Shown here piece by piece: positions 55,239 through 56,723 of a stretch of 56,723 bases of DNA. The notes beneath the pieces were generated by a model. It did no database searches. It worked only from the letters and a program-made list of their open reading frames with translations, and was not told the DNA's origin. Origin of the DNA: a virus (taxonomy: Duplodnaviria; Caudoviricetes); IMG/VR virus record IMGVR_UViG_3300037246_000975, positions 1 through 56,723 of that record; one strand, given 5' to 3'. The translations under genes and the position numbers were made by a program. Position 1 is the stretch's first letter. Each line of letters starts with the position of its first letter.

Positions 55239-55628
55239 TTATTCTCCTATTGCGATCCGTTCCTGTCGCTCTGTCTCCTCCGAATCTTCATCCTGAAGGT
55301 TATGGTAGAAATCACTATCTCCTGCTATAATAGCTTTACTGGTAGCCTCCGCAGTAACCGGGTTGAAAAGCCTCCTGCGTAACTCACAGGCTTCTGTATG
55401 TCCAAAACTACCCAGCGATTTTCCAAGATTCAGTACGTCCACAAAGGTATCCTGACCCCCACCTACCCACTCACAAATACAATAGACTTCAAGTTTATCG
55501 TAGCGGAGAAGGAAAAGGCAACCCTTCCGTTGAGGGCTATCTTCCACAAGTCGCTCTAACCATTCGGCCATTTCCCCGCCGATGATAGTGTGTTCGTCGG
55601 GGTTATAGCAGGACACTAATCCTAACAT
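55239..55628 (-). CDS. Hypothetical protein
   Basis: 129 aa; start overlaps the upstream stop. Confidence 0.65.
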   Translation of the reverse strand: MLGLVSCYNPDEHTIIGGEMAEWLERLVEDSPQRKGCLFLLRYDKLEVYCICEWVGGGQDTFVDVLNLGKSLGSFGHTEACELRRRLFNPVTAEATSKAIIAGDSDFYHNLQDEDSEETERQERIAIGE

Positions 55629-55861
55629 TATTTCTTCTCCGGTTGTTTCAGGGGAATAATCTTAGGCCCTTTCTTTGAACCTTGGCCTTCAGATTCTTCT
55701 ACGGGAGGTTTTATCTGCGGAGGTATAATTGCTTTTATGTTCCCCAGAATAAAAGACACATCGTTGAAGGCATTGAGACCTGATTGTTTCAGGGCTGCAT
55801 CACATACATTACTAATCAGGCGTTGACCTTCTGCATTTACCTGAATGATTACTGGATTCAT
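55628..55861 (-). CDS. Hypothetical protein
   Basis: 77 aa; GAAAGGA RBS. Confidence 0.6.
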   Translation of the reverse strand: MNPVIIQVNAEGQRLISNVCDAALKQSGLNAFNDVSFILGNIKAIIPPQIKPPVEESEGQGSKKGPKIIPLKQPEKK

Positions 55862-55894
55862 TTCTGTTCCTTTCTAATGGAAGTTTCATTTTCT

Positions 55895-56110
55895 TTAGGG
55901 CCCAACATAACTCTTCGCCCCGACCATTTTTTTAATCGTTTCCTCATTCATCCCCGAGTTACGAAGTCGAGTTTCAGTGGTTGGTCTTTTCAAGCCTTTT
56001 AGCTTATAATATGTGTACTGTGTTCTCTTTTTCTCTTTTGCAAGATACCTCTTACCTGCCGGGCTATGTTTCATCTTCAGTAATGCCCGAATTATACTGC
56101 CCTTAGCCAT
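55895..56110 (-). CDS. Small basic hypothetical protein
   Basis: 71 aa; AAGGA RBS. Confidence 0.6.
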   Translation of the reverse strand: MAKGSIIRALLKMKHSPAGKRYLAKEKKRTQYTYYKLKGLKRPTTETRLRNSGMNEETIKKMVGAKSYVGP

Positions 56111-56122
56111 GATATATTCCTT

Positions 56123-56722
56123 TTACTTTTCGTATCTACTGCGGAGACCAAATGGTGAATTATTTCGTCTTAGTAACAATCGAGGTTCATCTACCTCCGC
56201 AAGAATCTCAGTCCCATGTCCATTGTTATGAAGTCGCTTAATCTCGGCCAAAGATAGTTCTTTACTAAAGAACATCTCGTTGTCAATAAGACCGTTGGCA
56301 TAGCTTGAGGAATATCTGCCAATCCATACTGGGTGGTCGAGGTTTTCGACTGCTACAAAAGAACCTGAATTACTTTCATTACTGCTGTCACCTACGCTCA
56401 ATCCATTTAGGTAAACTTTCATGCCGGAACTCAACGTCCCACCATCAGAAGTTGCTACAACGTGAATCCATTGATTTTCGTAGGCAATCAAGTTAAAGTT
56501 ATAATATGTACCGAGACGACAATTGAACACGCTATTATCAAATCTGTTAAATATCAATTCGCCCCCAGATGTCGTGTTGAACACCCACTCTCCATCCATA
56601 TTATACACACCCTTAGAAGCTATATAAAAACTTGTAGCATCGTGCATATAAATCCATGTACTAATGCTAAGCGGAGTACCTGAACCCGCAGTACCATCAC
56701 CGGGCGAAAAGTCGGTGTGGGT
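56123..56722 (-). CDS. LamG/concanavalin A-like domain protein, C-terminal part (open at the window end)
   Basis: Frame is open to the window end (THTDFSPGDG...PLSISTWIYMHD); NQWIHVVAT, MKVYLNG, GLIDNEMFFSKELS..EI..L LamG motifs. Confidence 0.85.
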   Translation of the reverse strand, partial: THTDFSPGDGTAGSGTPLSISTWIYMHDATSFYIASKGVYNMDGEWVFNTTSGGELIFNRFDNSVFNCRLGTYYNFNLIAYENQWIHVVATSDGGTLSSGMKVYLNGLSVGDSSNESNSGSFVAVENLDHPVWIGRYSSSYANGLIDNEMFFSKELSLAEIKRLHNNGHGTEILAEVDEPRLLLRRNNSPFGLRSRYEK

Positions 56723-56723
56723 T

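Larger units (their letters stand above)
3393..55723. repeat. Dispersed 9-bp motif CCTCCGCAG/CTGCGGAGG, at least 36 exact copies
   Basis: Hand count: 20 as CTGCGGAGG and 16 as CCTCCGCAG on the + strand, plus many 8/9 matches. Positions are listed under findings. Confidence 0.95.

Noticed and set aside
3393-55723. The 9-mer as a Chi/KOPS-like polar site or a codon-usage artefact
   Set aside because: It occurs about equally on both strands (20 vs 16) and in all six frames.
1119-56683. Plus-strand ORFs in the track (e.g. 5389..6066, 16070..16567, 47136..47675)
   Set aside because: They are antisense shadows of well-supported minus-strand genes, with no RBS or recognisable motifs.
1-56723. Prophage/integration module or alternative genetic code
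   Set aside because: No integrase, att-like context or host genes were seen; long genes are intact in code 11 and use all three stop codons.

Overview
The window is a near-complete genome (about 56.7 kb) of a tailed dsDNA bacteriophage. Essentially all credible genes are on the minus strand. The virion looks podovirus-like: terminase, portal, scaffold, capsid, adaptor, nozzle, fibre and ejection-type proteins, with no tape measure or sheath. A LamG-like gene is cut by both window ends, so the genome is probably circular or permuted with a small gap. Replication genes: a UDG-domain/3'-5' exo/PolA fusion with an atypical active site, RepA-like helicase, Sak4-like ATPase, SSB, Cas4/AddB-like and ERCC4 nucleases, and an SMC-like ATPase. 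There is also a nucleotide-processing cluster (metallophosphoesterase, HD hydrolase, PQ-loop membrane protein, dATP/dGTP diphosphohydrolase), a DNA methyltransferase and two free-standing homing endonucleases. I recognise no integrase, primase, endolysin, purZ, tRNA or CRISPR array. The strongest unexplained signals are: (1) the 9-mer CCTCCGCAG/CTGCGGAGG, with at least 36 exact copies on both strands and in all six reading frames; (2) three non-coding islands of TTATCGGAC repeats at 19-24 kb, near a strand-composition switch, two of them behind twin antisense promoters; (3) two tandem promoter-driven structured RNA candidates; (4) both homing endonucleases appear to have captured the N-terminus of the gene they invaded and supplied it a recoded new start. 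All family calls are by-eye motif recognition and all counts are by hand.
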